This document shows, piece by piece, positions 23,445 through 34,990 of a stretch of 54,748 nt of DNA. Within the stretch, counting starts at the first letter, position 1. Each line of letters begins with the position of its first letter. The notes under the pieces were generated by a model. That model was not told where the DNA came from, made no database searches, and saw only the letters and a list, made by a program, of their open reading frames with translations. Source of the DNA: Prorocentrum cordatum (taxonomy: Eukaryota); contig CAUYUJ010000217.1 in the NCBI GenBank assembly GCA_963575745.1, positions 62,001 to 116,748 of the forward strand, read 5' to 3'. The translations under genes were made by a program, and so were the position numbers.

Positions 23445-24210
23445 CCCCCCTCCTCCTCCTCCTCCGCCTCCTCCTCCTCCTCCTCCTCCTCCTCCTCCTC
23501 CTCCTCCTCCTCCTCCTCCTCCTCCTCCTCCTCCTCCTCCTCCTCCTCCTCCTCCTCCTCCTCCTCCTCCTCCTCCTCCTCCTCCTCCTCCTCCTCCTCC
23601 TCCTCTCCCCCCCGCCGGGGGCGTCCCAGTGCCTCCCGCGCCCCGAGGTGGCGCCGGAGCTGTCCGCCTCGCAGGCCGCCGTGCTGGGCACCGTGCTGGC
23701 CGCGCCGGAGGCGGGGCTCCGCGGGGGGGCGCCCCCAGCCTCGGTACGCCCGGCTGCTCGCTCCGCCCCGCCCCGATGTAGTGATCGGAGGCGGAAAAGA
23801 GGGGGGTGATGGCGGGGGGCATGATATTTCCCCCGATTTCATGGCGCCTCTCCTTACTTCATTACGTCCCCGGCCCCCCCGCTGGGCCGCGCACATGCCG
23901 CCGGCCATGATTTGCATCCCCCCCCTCTTGGACCCCCCTCTTGGCCGCTCCCGAAGTGAGTCTCTCTGGGCCTCGCAGGTGGGGTCGTCGTCGTCGTCGT
24001 GGTCGTCGTCGTCGTCGTCGTCGTGGTCGTCGTCGTCGTCGTAATCGTCGTCGTCGTCGTGGTCGCCGTCGTCGTCGTCGTCGTAATCGTCGTCGTCGTC
24101 GTCGTGGTCGTCGTCGTCGTCGTCGTCGTGGTCCCCGTCCTCGTCCCGTCCTAGTCCTCGTCCTCGTTATCGTCGTGGTCGTCCTCGTCCTCGTCCTCGG
24201 CGTCGTCGTT
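23445..24210. repeat. (CCT)n at 23445-23603 and (GTC)n at 23984-24210
   Basis: Directly visible. Confidence 0.95.
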
Positions 24211-24789
24211 CTAGGCCTCCCATCTGGGGTCCGAGCATATGGGATCTGATAATTCCGCCACATCGACGATGCATCGGCGATGCGGTTCGATGTGGAGACC
24301 GATGTTCTCCACGCCGACGTCGCCGATGCATCGCTGGCGTCGCCAGTGCATCGGTGATGCATCGACGATGCGGTGCGATCCTCCGACCCCATCTACTCGG
24401 ACCCCATCTGGGATGCCTCCCGTCACGCGGGGAGACTTTTCAGGATCGCTCCTTCCATGCCGTTTCTCTTGCAGGCGACTCCTCCCCGTCGCACCCCGAG
24501 ACGTGTCGGCAGGGCGGGCCGGGCGTTTCGCTCGAGAGGTCGTCGCCGCTCATGATCCGCATCGAGGGCGTTTGCAATAGTTTCACGGATGGATCAACGT
24601 GTTTCAAAGTACGCGCCTCCTCCTCCTCCTCCTCCTTCTCCTCCTCCTCCTCCTCCAGCCCTTCCTCCTCCTCCTCCTAGCCCTTCTGCGCCAAGTTGCG
24701 TTGCAGGGACGTTCTTCAGAAGGGCACGCGCTCCTGCGAGCCAAGCGATCTGACAAGGTACCTTCACTCGCCCAGTTTGCCTTGCCGCC

Positions 24790-27501
24790 ATGGCGCCGCC
24801 AGGCTCTGCCCAGCGTGCTGCCCCTCCGCGGGCTGCCAGCTGGCCATGGCGCGCGGCGCGCTCGGCTGAGAGCGGCTGGGTCCACTGGGACGGCTTCAGT
24901 CCAGGATCTACATGGACGAGCAGTTCGTGTGGATGCAAGAAGAACAAGCAAGGATGGCAGCAGTGCAAGAACTGCTGGGCCTGGCGGGCGACCCCGCGGA
25001 TGGACCCGCCGTGGCCTCAGCCGCAAGGCGTGTGGGGAGCCGCTGCAGGAGGTCCCGCGCCCCCAGGGACGTGGGCACTCGCGGCGAGCCCCGCTCATGC
25101 TGATGGCTTACCTCGTCGTCCTGGCCCTCAGTTCTTGGCTGGTGGGGGTGGCCCCCCGCCTGCGGCGACCCAGCTCTCCGACGTCGACCAGCTGCGCGGG
25201 CTCGTCGACGGCTTGCGTCGCATGGGCGACCCCGAGGCCGCCGAGAAGTGGCAGAGGGAGCTCGACAGTCGGCTGCAGCGCCAGAGCGACGAGGCCAAGA
25301 CCCAGGTCCCTCTGGAGCACCAGGTCAACCGCGCCTTCAACGAGATGCGCGCGCTGGAGACCAAGCTCGGGAAGAGCCTCACCGCCTGCGAGCGTCTCGA
25401 GGGCGAATTGGACCAGCAACGTGATCGTGTTCGTACCCTCAAGACAGAGTTGCAGGTGGCCGAGGAGAAGCACAAGTCGCTCGTCAGCCAGTTGCAGTCG
25501 TCCACGGGTTGCGGACAGGAGCCTAAGCCTGGCCCACAGCTCAGTATCGACGACCTCCTCAGCGGGAAGACCCTGCCCATCTGCTTGGACAGCCTTCTCA
25601 CGGCGGAGGAGGAGTATGAGTTCTCGGACGAAGACAAGCGCGAGGCCACCAAGAGGCTGGAACAACTCCAAGAAGGTATCCAGGCTGCGGTACAACAACT
25701 CTTCGGTGATGCTGCGGCGAAGTCCAAGGCGTTCAAAGATGCTCAGGCAGAACAGCTCAAGCGTCTACAGGCCAAGCGTCGCAGAATGGGAGAACAAGAT
25801 GGTGCACCCGCTGCTGGAGGTGCTGCCCCTGGTGGTGCGCCCAGTGGAGGGAGTGGCAGTTCACCAGCCGCACGTGCCGCGCCTCCTGGCCAGGGAGGTG
25901 AGGGGGCTGCCGCGCCCGCGGCGGCGCCCGCTGGAGACTGCCCGCCAGATCCCGCGGCTGCGCCTGGTGATGTTCGCACTCGTGCTGACCGAGTTACACG
26001 CAGCCCCCCCCCGCAGGGCCCGACGCCTGAGGGGGGGAATCAAGGACGACTTCTGCCTCCCGAGGGAGGCGTTCATCGTGTACCTGTTCTGAGTTCTGAG
26101 TCTTCGGCAGACTGCGTTCCTGTCAACTTTTTGGAGTCGACCGAGGGTCGACCTTCTTCCTCCTCCCCACCATTTGCCGCATGCAGCATCGAGAACCTGG
26201 GTAAGAACGCTGGAGCTGTCGAGTTGACTGCCTCCAAACTTTTTTCGGCTCGCCGTGCGTGGATTTTGCAGGCTGACGCCTATGCCGACGGTTCTCGGCC
26301 GCGTGCTCGTCCCTCTCTCCTGAAAGCTGTTCGTCACACGTTGGCAAGGGCCAAGTCGGCCCTCGTGCATAGTGACCCGAACCCTCCTCGTAAGTTTTTG
26401 GAGCTTCGTGGGCCACTCATGCCCGGTGTCTCACCCAGGCCTCAGGAGCAGTTGCTGCGGCCTCTGGAGGCCGACGCTTTCCCGCTGGACCAGCTCGCAC
26501 CAGTTATTGAGACCTGTAACGGTTCTGGTTGGGGATCGGGACAGCTGTGGTTGCAGAAGACGGCTGCTGACGTGGTGGTCACGCAGGAGCATAAGCAGTT
26601 GCAGCACCAGCTGGCATCTGCATCTTCGCGGGCTATTCGCCATGGGTGGAAGAGCCTGTGGGTGACGGCGGTGACGGCTAGTGGAGGCGGAGCCTCTGCT
26701 GGAGTGGCGCTGTTCGTGCGCGAGTCGTTGGGATTGTCTGCGCCGCCGTCTGGCCATCAGATTGTCGCTGGACGGGCTCTGGTTGGCATCGTGGACATCC
26801 CTGGGCAGGCGCAGCTGGCCATCCTGTCCGCCTATTTCCACGATTGCCAGGACTTATCGGATGAAAATATCGATTTGCTCTGCTCGTGCTTGTCCTTGGG
26901 ACAGGCCCTGGGATACCCCTTTTTCCTGGGGGCGGATTTTAATATGGAGCCGACCGCGCTGCTCTCGGGAGGCCTCGGGTGCAGGCCGGGTGCAATCCAG
27001 TTTTTGATTCCCGACGGGCATACTTGCAAGTCTACGGCTGGTCTTAAGCAGTTCGATGTTTTTATTGCCTCTGCTGGTGTTGCTAAGGCCGTTAGCCAAG
27101 TCCAGGTGATCCGCGAGAGTAGCCTCACCCCCCACTTGCCCGTGCAGGTGAAGCTGCATCCCAGCCTGGGACGACTCCAGGCCCTGGCCTTTCGGCGCCC
27201 TTCGCCGCTCCCCACGTGCCCCCTGGCCCCTGTTCAAGTTTTTGAATCGGTTCCTGCGCCTACGAGGGTGCACGCGGTGCTGGAGTCTGCTAGGGCTGCG
27301 GTGGGGCAGGGTGATTGGGACAGGGCCCAAGAGGCCCTCGATCGTGCTTACAAGCTTTGGGCGAATGCTGCTGAGCGTGAGGTGTCCGCGGCCACTGGTA
27401 AGGTCCTGCCCGTTTGGGGCTCGAGAGGGAAGCCCCCTCAGATGGTTTGGAGGCCTATCTTGAACAAAAAGGACCCTGTCTCTCAAGGGGCCCCCCAGTA
27501 A
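24790..27501 (+). CDS. LINE N-terminal part: RanBP2-like Zn finger + coiled coil (ORF1-like) fused in frame to an APE endonuclease
   Basis: WTSSSCGCKKNKQGWQQCKNC; heptad-rich region ~25170-25790; APE motifs ETCNG (26509-), TQEH, GVALFV, SAYF, GADFN (26929-), FDVF, PHLPV; ends at a frameshift near 27490. Confidence 0.85.
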   Translation: MAPPGSAQRAAPPRAASWPWRAARSAESGWVHWDGFSPGSTWTSSSCGCKKNKQGWQQCKNCWAWRATPRMDPPWPQPQGVWGAAAGGPAPPGTWALAASPAHADGLPRRPGPQFLAGGGGPPPAATQLSDVDQLRGLVDGLRRMGDPEAAEKWQRELDSRLQRQSDEAKTQVPLEHQVNRAFNEMRALETKLGKSLTACERLEGELDQQRDRVRTLKTELQVAEEKHKSLVSQLQSSTGCGQEPKPGPQLSIDDLLSGKTLPICLDSLLTAEEEYEFSDEDKREATKRLEQLQEGIQAAVQQLFGDAAAKSKAFKDAQAEQLKRLQAKRRRMGEQDGAPAAGGAAPGGAPSGGSGSSPAARAAPPGQGGEGAAAPAAAPAGDCPPDPAAAPGDVRTRADRVTRSPPPQGPTPEGGNQGRLLPPEGGVHRVPVLSSESSADCVPVNFLESTEGRPSSSSPPFAACSIENLGKNAGAVELTASKLFSARRAWILQADAYADGSRPRARPSLLKAVRHTLARAKSALVHSDPNPPRKFLELRGPLMPGVSPRPQEQLLRPLEADAFPLDQLAPVIETCNGSGWGSGQLWLQKTAADVVVTQEHKQLQHQLASASSRAIRHGWKSLWVTAVTASGGGASAGVALFVRESLGLSAPPSGHQIVAGRALVGIVDIPGQAQLAILSAYFHDCQDLSDENIDLLCSCLSLGQALGYPFFLGADFNMEPTALLSGGLGCRPGAIQFLIPDGHTCKSTAGLKQFDVFIASAGVAKAVSQVQVIRESSLTPHLPVQVKLHPSLGRLQALAFRRPSPLPTCPLAPVQVFESVPAPTRVHAVLESARAAVGQGDWDRAQEALDRAYKLWANAAEREVSAATGKVLPVWGSRGKPPQMVWRPILNKKDPVSQGAPQ

Positions 27502-27511
27502 GTCTAATGAG

Positions 27512-29280
27512 TTGTTCGCGTGCAGGTGGTTGGCCAACATGTTTTGTCACTTCGAAGGCTTCTGGTCAGAGGGCAGCCAGACGGGCATCAACTCGGTGCT
27601 CCAGGCCTTGGAGTCGCCGCCTCAGTTTTCGCAGTACTTAGGGCCCACAGCCAGCTACCTGTCAGCTCTGCTCGAGTTTATCCGTGAGTTGCCGATGTAC
27701 GAGGCCAAGGACGGGCCCGTCTTCGACCTTTTTACTCACTTGGAGGGCACCTTCCAGGTTGTTCTGTCGGAGGTGGAGGCGGGATCCAGGAAGCAAGCCA
27801 ACCAGGAATGGAGGGAGTGGCTTCTCTTCAAAGCGCATCGGGGGGCCCGTCGTGTGCACACGGTCTCCAAGGGGGCCTCTCCCTGGACCCCCCCCACCAC
27901 CCTGTCCCTGGATGGGTTGGTGGTGGCTGACCCTCTGTCTTTACTCAAGGCTGAAGCTTCCAAGTTTTCGAAGCTCTGGGGGGACGGAGGGTCTGGGAGT
28001 TGGTTCGAGATTGGTGAGTTGGCCCCGCCTCTGCCTCCTGTGCCTGTGGAAGCCATAAGGGACTGTTCTAGGAAGTGTAAAGACAATACTTCTGTCAGTG
28101 TGGATGGCTTTCACATGAAGCACTTCTCGTTTATGAGTGACGCGTCGTTGCTTACGGTCGTGGACCTGTTTGCCTTTATGGAGCTCGCGGCTTTGATCCC
28201 TGTCCAGATCTCCGTCACTCTTCTTTCTCTCATTCCCAAAGCGAGTGTGGGGTTTCGTCCCATTGGGAACTTCTGTGCCCTGCACCGTGCGCATGGGAAG
28301 GTGAGGCGCCCGCTGGCCCAGCAGTGGGAATTCACCCACTCTCGTGAGCATTTTGCGGCGGGCCCCTTCGAGGGGGCTCAGGGCGTTGTCTGGAGGCAGG
28401 CAGTCCGTGCGGAGACGTCTACCTTGTCTAAAGAAGAAGCGGCTACGGTGCTGCTTGACCTCTACAGGTACGATGAAACCATTAACCTGAAAATGTTGTT
28501 GTGGCGCGCCAGGCAGATGCATTTCCCGCTGGCTATCGCTCGGCTGGCGATTGCCATGTACCTCCAGGCTCGTTTTTTCGTCCTTAACGGGCTCGTGGAT
28601 GGGCCCTACTGGGCCGAGGGGGGCATTTTCGCGTGGTGTACGTTCGCCACCACTTTTATTCGGGTTTATGCTATTCAGGACCTGGACAAGCTTGAGATCC
28701 CCCCCCCCCCAGGTGCACTTTCAGCTGTACGTAGACGATTCAGGGGCGAGTGCTACGGGCACTAAGGGATACATCGTGGCCAGTTTGCCTCCTGCTGCTC
28801 GTCAGCTGTACTCGGTCTTGGAGGACGGGGTGGGGCCTAAGGTCAGTAATGGCGAAGGGAAGCGGTCGCTGATTTGTTCTTCCAAGGCGCTGGGACGCGA
28901 GCTGGCCGCCGAGCTTGGAGGGCTGGCCGGACCACTGGTCGCGTCGGCGCCTGACCTCGGGGTTGATGATTGCGCTGGCCGGCCTCGTCGAGTCAAGAGA
29001 CGGAATGCCAAGCATAAAAAGCGTGAACGGAAAAGCGTGGGGTTTGTTGGTCGGCTGGCCCGTTTGCGGCCTACGGTTGGGGGCCGCGTTGCCCGAAACG
29101 TGTCTGCTTCTGGGGCCTTGGCGTCGGAGCTTTTTGGGTCCGAGGTCCATCGAGCTTTTGACTTATCGGCGCCAGGCTGGATCTGTTTTGCAGCCGTCGG
29201 CTAAAGGCCGATCGTTGACGGCTCTTTTGCTTGCGCACGGAGAGCCGTGTTGGGATGCGAGTGTTGCTCCCATTATCCGC
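27512..29280 (+). pseudogene. LINE reverse transcriptase domain, frameshifted
   Basis: VSVDGF, LIPKASVGFRPIG, VLLDLYRYDETI, GIFAWCTFAT, LYVDD (28728-28739, after a C12-run frameshift), PDLGVD. Confidence 0.92.
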
Positions 29281-29283
29281 TGA

Positions 29284-30420
29284 TCTAAGGAGATTTGGTG
29301 GGCCCATCACCGATTGTATCGGCACACCTTGTCTCTGCCTGAGCTTCGTGCTGCTTGGCAGGCTGGCTTTGAGGGTGAATCCCCGCTGTGGCGAAGTGTT
29401 TCGGGGCCTGTCACGGCCCTTCGTAAGTCTCTGGAGCGCATCTCCTGGACTATGCCCGCGTTCGGGGTCCTGCTGACTGATTTGGGGGAGGAGCTCAAAC
29501 TTACAGAGTTTTCCCCCCAAATGATCCGTACGCTTTTGCGGAAGGCTGTTGTGAGGGGGCTCGAGTGGGATCTGGGGGCCAGGCTCAATATGCAGGGGAG
29601 AGCGTGTGTCGATCCTGTCCTCAGCTACCTCCATAGCTCCAAATACACCCCCTTTCAGAAAGGTTGTTTGCGGGCTCTTTTTTGCCAGGCGATTTACACT
29701 CGCCAACGGGCGGCCAGCCTAGGTTACGTGCTGCCTACCACGGTGTGTCCGCTCTGTGGTAATGTCTTAGACACCCTTAGACATCGCCTCTGGGATTGTC
29801 TATGCCCCGAGGTGGTCGAGTTGCGTGATCAGCTAGTTAAACAGGACATCCAAGGGTGGGCAGCTAAGGCGGATGACAACTTGGCCTGCTACGGCGTCTT
29901 CCCCCACCCCTCCAACTTCCCGCAGCCTCTCGTGTCGGGGGGCATCAAGGTGGAGTGGGTGGAGGAGGAGGGGGACATTGTCAAGTGTTTCGAGGGTGAC
30001 ATGTTCGTGGACGGCTCGTGTACTCGCTTCAAAGTTGGTGAATTGAACCGCGCTGGTTGGTCGATCGTGGTCGTCTCCAAAGAAACGGGGAATGCTATTG
30101 TGCGAGTGAAAGGTCCAGTGTGGGCGCCGTGCCCACAGACGCCGCAGGCTGCATGATATCATGCCATGTCAGTTGCCGTGCAGTGGGCGACTGGCCCATC
30201 CACGATTTTTTCTGACTGCCAGGGCTGTGTGGATTTTGCACAGCTGCCGTGGCCTGAGATGTGCTCAGGCAAGCGTATGTATAGTGGCATGGCTCAGCAT
30301 TTGAAGGATCACTGGTCTAAGGTGCAGCTGGAAAAGGTGAAAGCCCATTTGGACGTCCAGGCTGCCACCGACGATCGGGATCGTTTTTTGCGCCAAGGCA
30401 ACCAAGCTGCTTCCTCTCTG
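29284..30420 (+). pseudogene. CCHC zinc knuckle + RNase H domain of the LINE
   Basis: CPLCGNVLDTLRHRLWDC; MFVDGSC (30001), RAGWSIV, QTPQAA* (TGA 30154-30156 at the expected catalytic Glu), IFSDC, KVKAH, GNQAA. Confidence 0.88.
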
Positions 30421-30443
30421 GCCTCGCTTAGTGTTGGGCCCCA

Positions 30444-30863
30444 ATGTCCAGCGTGTTCTTCCTCCCCCTGCGGAGCGTCCGCAGAGGGGAGAAAAGGAAT
30501 GTCCATCAGTGGAGCTGGGTGGGCACCTATTGGCAGTGCGCCGCGTGTTTGCGAGGCAAGCGCGGCCTCTCTTCGGCCCAGCCACCTGCTGGCAAGTGCG
30601 ATGCTGTCCTGAAAGTCTCACCTGCCAGGCTCAGAGCGCTCGGGCACGTGTGTGTGCTGCTCGATTGCTCGGACGGGTCCTCTATTTGTATTTGCCACAA
30701 GTGCGGTTATATGACCTCGGGTGGCCAATTGCGGAACCTCGATAAGAAGTGTGAGCCAGACAGGGTGGCCACACACAGCAATCCGTGGATTAAGTTGAAA
30801 AAGGGACTCCATCCAAAAAAGAGTGGGGTCTCCGTCGATTTAAGCACGTTTTGCCATCTGTGA
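30444..30863 (+). pseudogene. C-terminal Cys/His-rich (Zn-binding-like) domain of the LINE
   Basis: HQW..WQCAAC..C..GH..CHKCG..L..KC..GLHP. Confidence 0.6.
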
Positions 30864-31299
30864 GTGCTATGCCCTGTTTGCACAGTGCAAGGCACACTCG
30901 CTGGTCCGTTCCGTTCGTTGTCAGTTCGATCGGTCACGGCTCAGTTTACTAATGTCCCTCAGGGCCTCGCCCACCCTGAGTGGTGTATGTGGGCTGCAGC
31001 ATGGTTGCAAAACAAAAATCCTCCTCCTCCTCCTCCTCCTCCTCCTCCCCCTCCTCCTCCTCCTCCTCCTCCTCCTCCTCCTCCTTCCCTTCCCTTCCTC
31101 CTCCTCCTCCAGCCCTTCCTCCCCCTCCCCCTCCCCCAGCAACAGTTTGCATCGGGTCGTCTCTCAAAAGGTGGGCCTCGCCGTGGCGCCGCGCGCCGGC
31201 GCCGCAACACAGTCTGCAAGGGCTTCGCGGGCGGAGGGCGGGCCGGTCTTCGGCGTGCGGCTCTGGCCTCGGCGCCGCGCGCCTGCGTTCTTTGAGATG

Positions 31300-31900
31300 C
31301 TTCCCAGAGTGTGCAGCAGTCTCGGGGTGGCACCTCTGGAGGAGAACCGAGCTGGGCATTCAGTGTCGTTATTGTTGGATGCTGTGTGATCGACACGACA
31401 GGCCCACGTTCGGGTGCAAGGGCCCGCTTCTTGCTCTCCAGAAGCTGCTTCGTGATCCCCTTGGGCACCAGTTCGTTGCCGTGTCGGGCTCGGCTCTTGA
31501 TGCTCCTCGGGCGGACCTCGTCCTTGGCCCTGGTCGTGAGCAGCAGATTCTGTGCTTGAAATGCGGGGGGTGGTCTCAAGGGAGGGCCCTGAAGCTCGCT
31601 GAGGTCTGTGGTAAGCCTACGCGTAAGGGACTGGATGTCCTTAGCCGTTGTCGTCGAGGGTGTGGCCCCACTATGAACATTAAAATTGTGCTTGAGAAGG
31701 CGTTGCCTGTGTCTCAGCTGGGTGCTGCACGCGAGGCGGATGATAAGCCCGAGCTGTGTGTTACCTCAGTCCCGAGAGCGTTTTCGGACTTTCCCTCGGC
31801 CCCCGCTTACGAGCAGAGAACGGCGGCTCTTGCCGCCAGACTTAGAGCTAAAGAAGAGGCAAAGGCCTCAGGGGTGGTTCAGTTCGGGTCGATCCCCCAT
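31300..31900 (+). pseudogene. 5'-truncated 3' end of a related LINE (same Cys/His domain, divergent sequence)
   Basis: HLW..QCRYC..C..GHQF..CLKCG..L..VC..RCRRGCGP mirrors the pattern at 30444-30863. Confidence 0.6.
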
Positions 31901-32150
31901 TACGCTGTTGGTGCTGTCACCTCCCGACCTTCCAAGGCGCTGTCCATCCATCCATCCTCCCGCAGTCCATCCCTCCTCCGTCCCTTCTCCTTTCCCGCAG
32001 TCACTTCTCCTTTCCCGCAGTCCCTTCTCCGTCCCTTCTCCTTTCCCGCAGTCCCTTCTCCCTTCCCGCAGTCCCTTTTCCGTCCCTTCTCCATCCATCC
32101 TCCCGCAGTCCTTCCCTCCTCCGTCCCTTCTCCTTTCTAGTCCTCCCTCC

Positions 32151-32775
32151 CCGTCGCACCCCCGCACTTGTCGGGTCGGGCGGCGGGCCGAGCGTCTTGC
32201 GTCAGATGTCTTCACCGCTTCTGTCAGGAGGGGAAAAACAGACAGGCATAATTCATCGTCGATCCCCCTGAAAAATATGACAAACTATGGGAAGGGGGGG
32301 AAGACGACGAAAGTCTAGAAATCATGACCAAATATAGGGACTATGGGCATTTGTGTATTCATGTCTGTGTCCCTGGGCCCCTTCAGTATGATCATGCAGC
32401 GTGAAACTTGCAGCTTGAAGGCTGGAGGGCGGGTCGTTTGGAAAAGTGCGCAGCAGCTTCCAGGAGGAGCGGTTGCCCTTTCGGAGCTCTTGCTCTCGAA
32501 TCAGCGCCGCGCACGTTCGTCTCGATAGTTTGCAACATGTTCAATGATTCGTGCATTTGAAGTCCCAGGAATGGTGTTTTGGCACGCTGCAGGGCACTCA
32601 GGACACAAGAGACACGCCGATCCGCGGTGATGATGTCCCAGGAAACACGTGTTGGCACGATCCAGTATTGTCAGGACGCAACAGTCATGTTGACTCGCGG
32701 CGTCGGAGTCCCAGGACGGGTGTTCCAGCATGATTCAGGATTGTCATGACGCACAGTCACGCTGATCCACGGCAA
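32151..32775 (+). repeat. Mosaic copy of the inverted-pair repeat family
   Basis: Starts ccgtcgcacccc..gggcggcgggcc; contains the AT-rich module; ends with tandem gtcccagga..ggcacgat subunits matching 16770-16840. Confidence 0.6.
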
Positions 32776-32799
32776 GATCTACGTAGTTCCTGATAGAGT

Positions 32800-34990
32800 T
32801 CTTACAGGGTTGGACCCAGCTTGAGTAGAATCCCATAAAGGCTTGGCCCACTTTTGATAGAGTCGCAGTAGGGCTCGGTCCAATTCCTTAGTAAAATCTG
32901 TTGATTGGGGCTGCATCCAGGTGTTGTAGATTCCTATTAGGGATCGGTCAAGCTCCAATGGAATCCTGCAAAGGCTCGATCCAGCTCGAATAGAATCCCA
33001 CGGGGGTTTGGATCCAGCCCTACATCCCCAAGACGAAAGTTTTTTCCTCTTGGGCCCGGAACGACGGCTTGAAGTCTTGAGCAGACGCGTATGAGATAAC
33101 CGCCGTCGGATCCCACGAAGTTCGCGCGGAACCAAATGTGGCTTTGGTGTTTGTTCCGGTGGATCCGATTTCCGTCCGCTCGGATCCGATTTCGGATTTG
33201 CCAGATCCGTGTTCGGTCTTATTCTTTACGGCGGATCCGATGTTCACCCTTTTAAAATTTACACTGTGAAATTTAAACATGAAAAACGGAGGAAATCGGA
33301 TCCGCGGACCCCGGATCCCGCCTGTGTTAAGATTCTACGGGGGAAAGGGGTTCGGTCATGAACTTCCAACTCAGCATCGCCATTTGCACCTCAAGAGGAA
33401 AATCTTTCGTCCTGCGTAAGTAGTGGGGTTCGATTGAAGCTCTGTCCAGCTTAATACAATCCTGCTCGGGTTGGAACCAGCTTCAATATAATCCTAGTAG
33501 GGCTCGATGCCGTTCTAATAGATTCCTAGCACGCTTGCATCCAGCTAATCTCACCCAGGGTCGAGCCCGCCTTCAGAGGCTCGGAAGTCTTGGTCTTAAC
33601 GCCATTCCAAAGCCCGAACAACACCCGAACACACACACACACACACACATGACAGCTTCTGCGCCCAACCCCGTCTGTATCAGCGGACGCGCAGCCTAAC
33701 CACCACACCCCATAACATTCGAAGTAGGTGTCCGCTTGCGGGGGCCCCCCCTGGGGTGATCCACTCCTTGATTTCAAGTTTTATGAAAGAGAGCGGATGG
33801 AGCCTGATTTGGGCGATTCTGATCAGGACGTTCTCGAAATCTGTTTGGTTTGGCCCCTGGTTTGGCCTGGTTTGGCTTGGTTTGGTCTGGTTTAGCAGCG
33901 CGCCCCGCCTGACACATCCTCACAATCATCCTGGTTTGGCCCTGGTTTGGGTTTGGTTCGTCCTCGGACGTTCTGGCAAGTTGCCTCATTTGGCCCTGGT
34001 TTGGGCCCAGTTCCGCTTGAGACATCCTTGCAAGTTGCCTGGTGTGGCCCTGGTGATTTGGCCTGGTTTGGGCCCGGTTCAGCTGAAGACGTCCTCACAG
34101 GTTGCCTGGCGTGACCCTGATATGGCCTGGTTTGGGCCCCGTTCCGCTTGAGATTTCTTTTCGAGTAGCGGTGGTGATTCGAATTGGCATGTTGCACAAG
34201 GAAACTGATCGCAATTATTCCGGGGCACGTTTGCTTCGACACTGACTGGATTATCAACGCAGGTCGTGGTGAATGTATAAAGCCGAAGTCACGGCACGGC
34301 GTGCCATTAAAAAAGTATTCAAACATGTGGTCCACATATAACACGATAGCGCTAGAAAACGACGGGCGGAATGAGTGTGGACATTCCCATCACGCTGTGG
34401 GTCGGTATAGGCGCGCGTGGCGGCGTCCGAGTCTGTAGTAAAATCCTCACGGGGCTGGATTTCGTCGTGAACGAATTTCTATAGTGCTGGATCCAGTTCG
34501 AATCGAATCCCACGAGCGCTCGATCAAGCGTTGATAGAATCTTCTGAGGACGCCATGCAGCTTTCGTAACTTCCTTCTAGTGGGCGACCCAGCCGTCACA
34601 GAATCCTTCTGGGGTTCGATCCACTTCTGACAGACACCTACTCGGATTCGGTCAGCGTACAGAAACTAGAGCAGGGCTGGATCCAGCACGAGTAGAATCT
34701 TGTCAGTGCTTGGTACAGGCCCAACGGAAGCCTATCACGGCCGGGTCCAGCTCCAGTAGAGCCATAGCAGGGCTGGATCGGGGCCCGCTTGGATCCCACT
34801 CAATATCTATCCGGCGTGAATGTAAGCTCTCTATTGAGTTGGACCCAGCTCTAACATAATCCGACCAAGGCTCGATCCAGTTTTAATGGAATCATATTCG
34901 GGTTGGATCCAGCTCGAACAAAGACCTCGTAGGGTTCGAGCCAGCTGTCATGGAATCTTGCAAGGGCGCGATCCAGCTTCAATCGCATCC
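32800..34990. repeat. Degenerate ~30-35 bp satellite (ggctcgatccagctcgaatagaatcc) interrupted by other repeats
   Basis: Blocks at ~32800-33020, 33430-33580 and 34450-34990; tggccctggtttgggccc repeats at 33840-34150. Confidence 0.7.
34155..34400 (-). pseudogene. Possible C5-methyltransferase relic
   Basis: SARRFL../VDHMFE YFFNGTPCRDFG ... and, after a frameshift, PPLLEK; resembles motifs II-IV and VI. Confidence 0.3.

Larger units (their letters stand above)
24678..31018 (+). mobile_element. Near full-length APE-type LINE with RNase H, single-ORF design; moderately decayed
   Basis: ZnF/coiled coil-APE-RT-CCHC-RNase H-Zn-rich C-terminus; A-rich tail aaaacaaaaa near 31008-31018; (CCT)n on both flanks. 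Confidence 0.9.
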
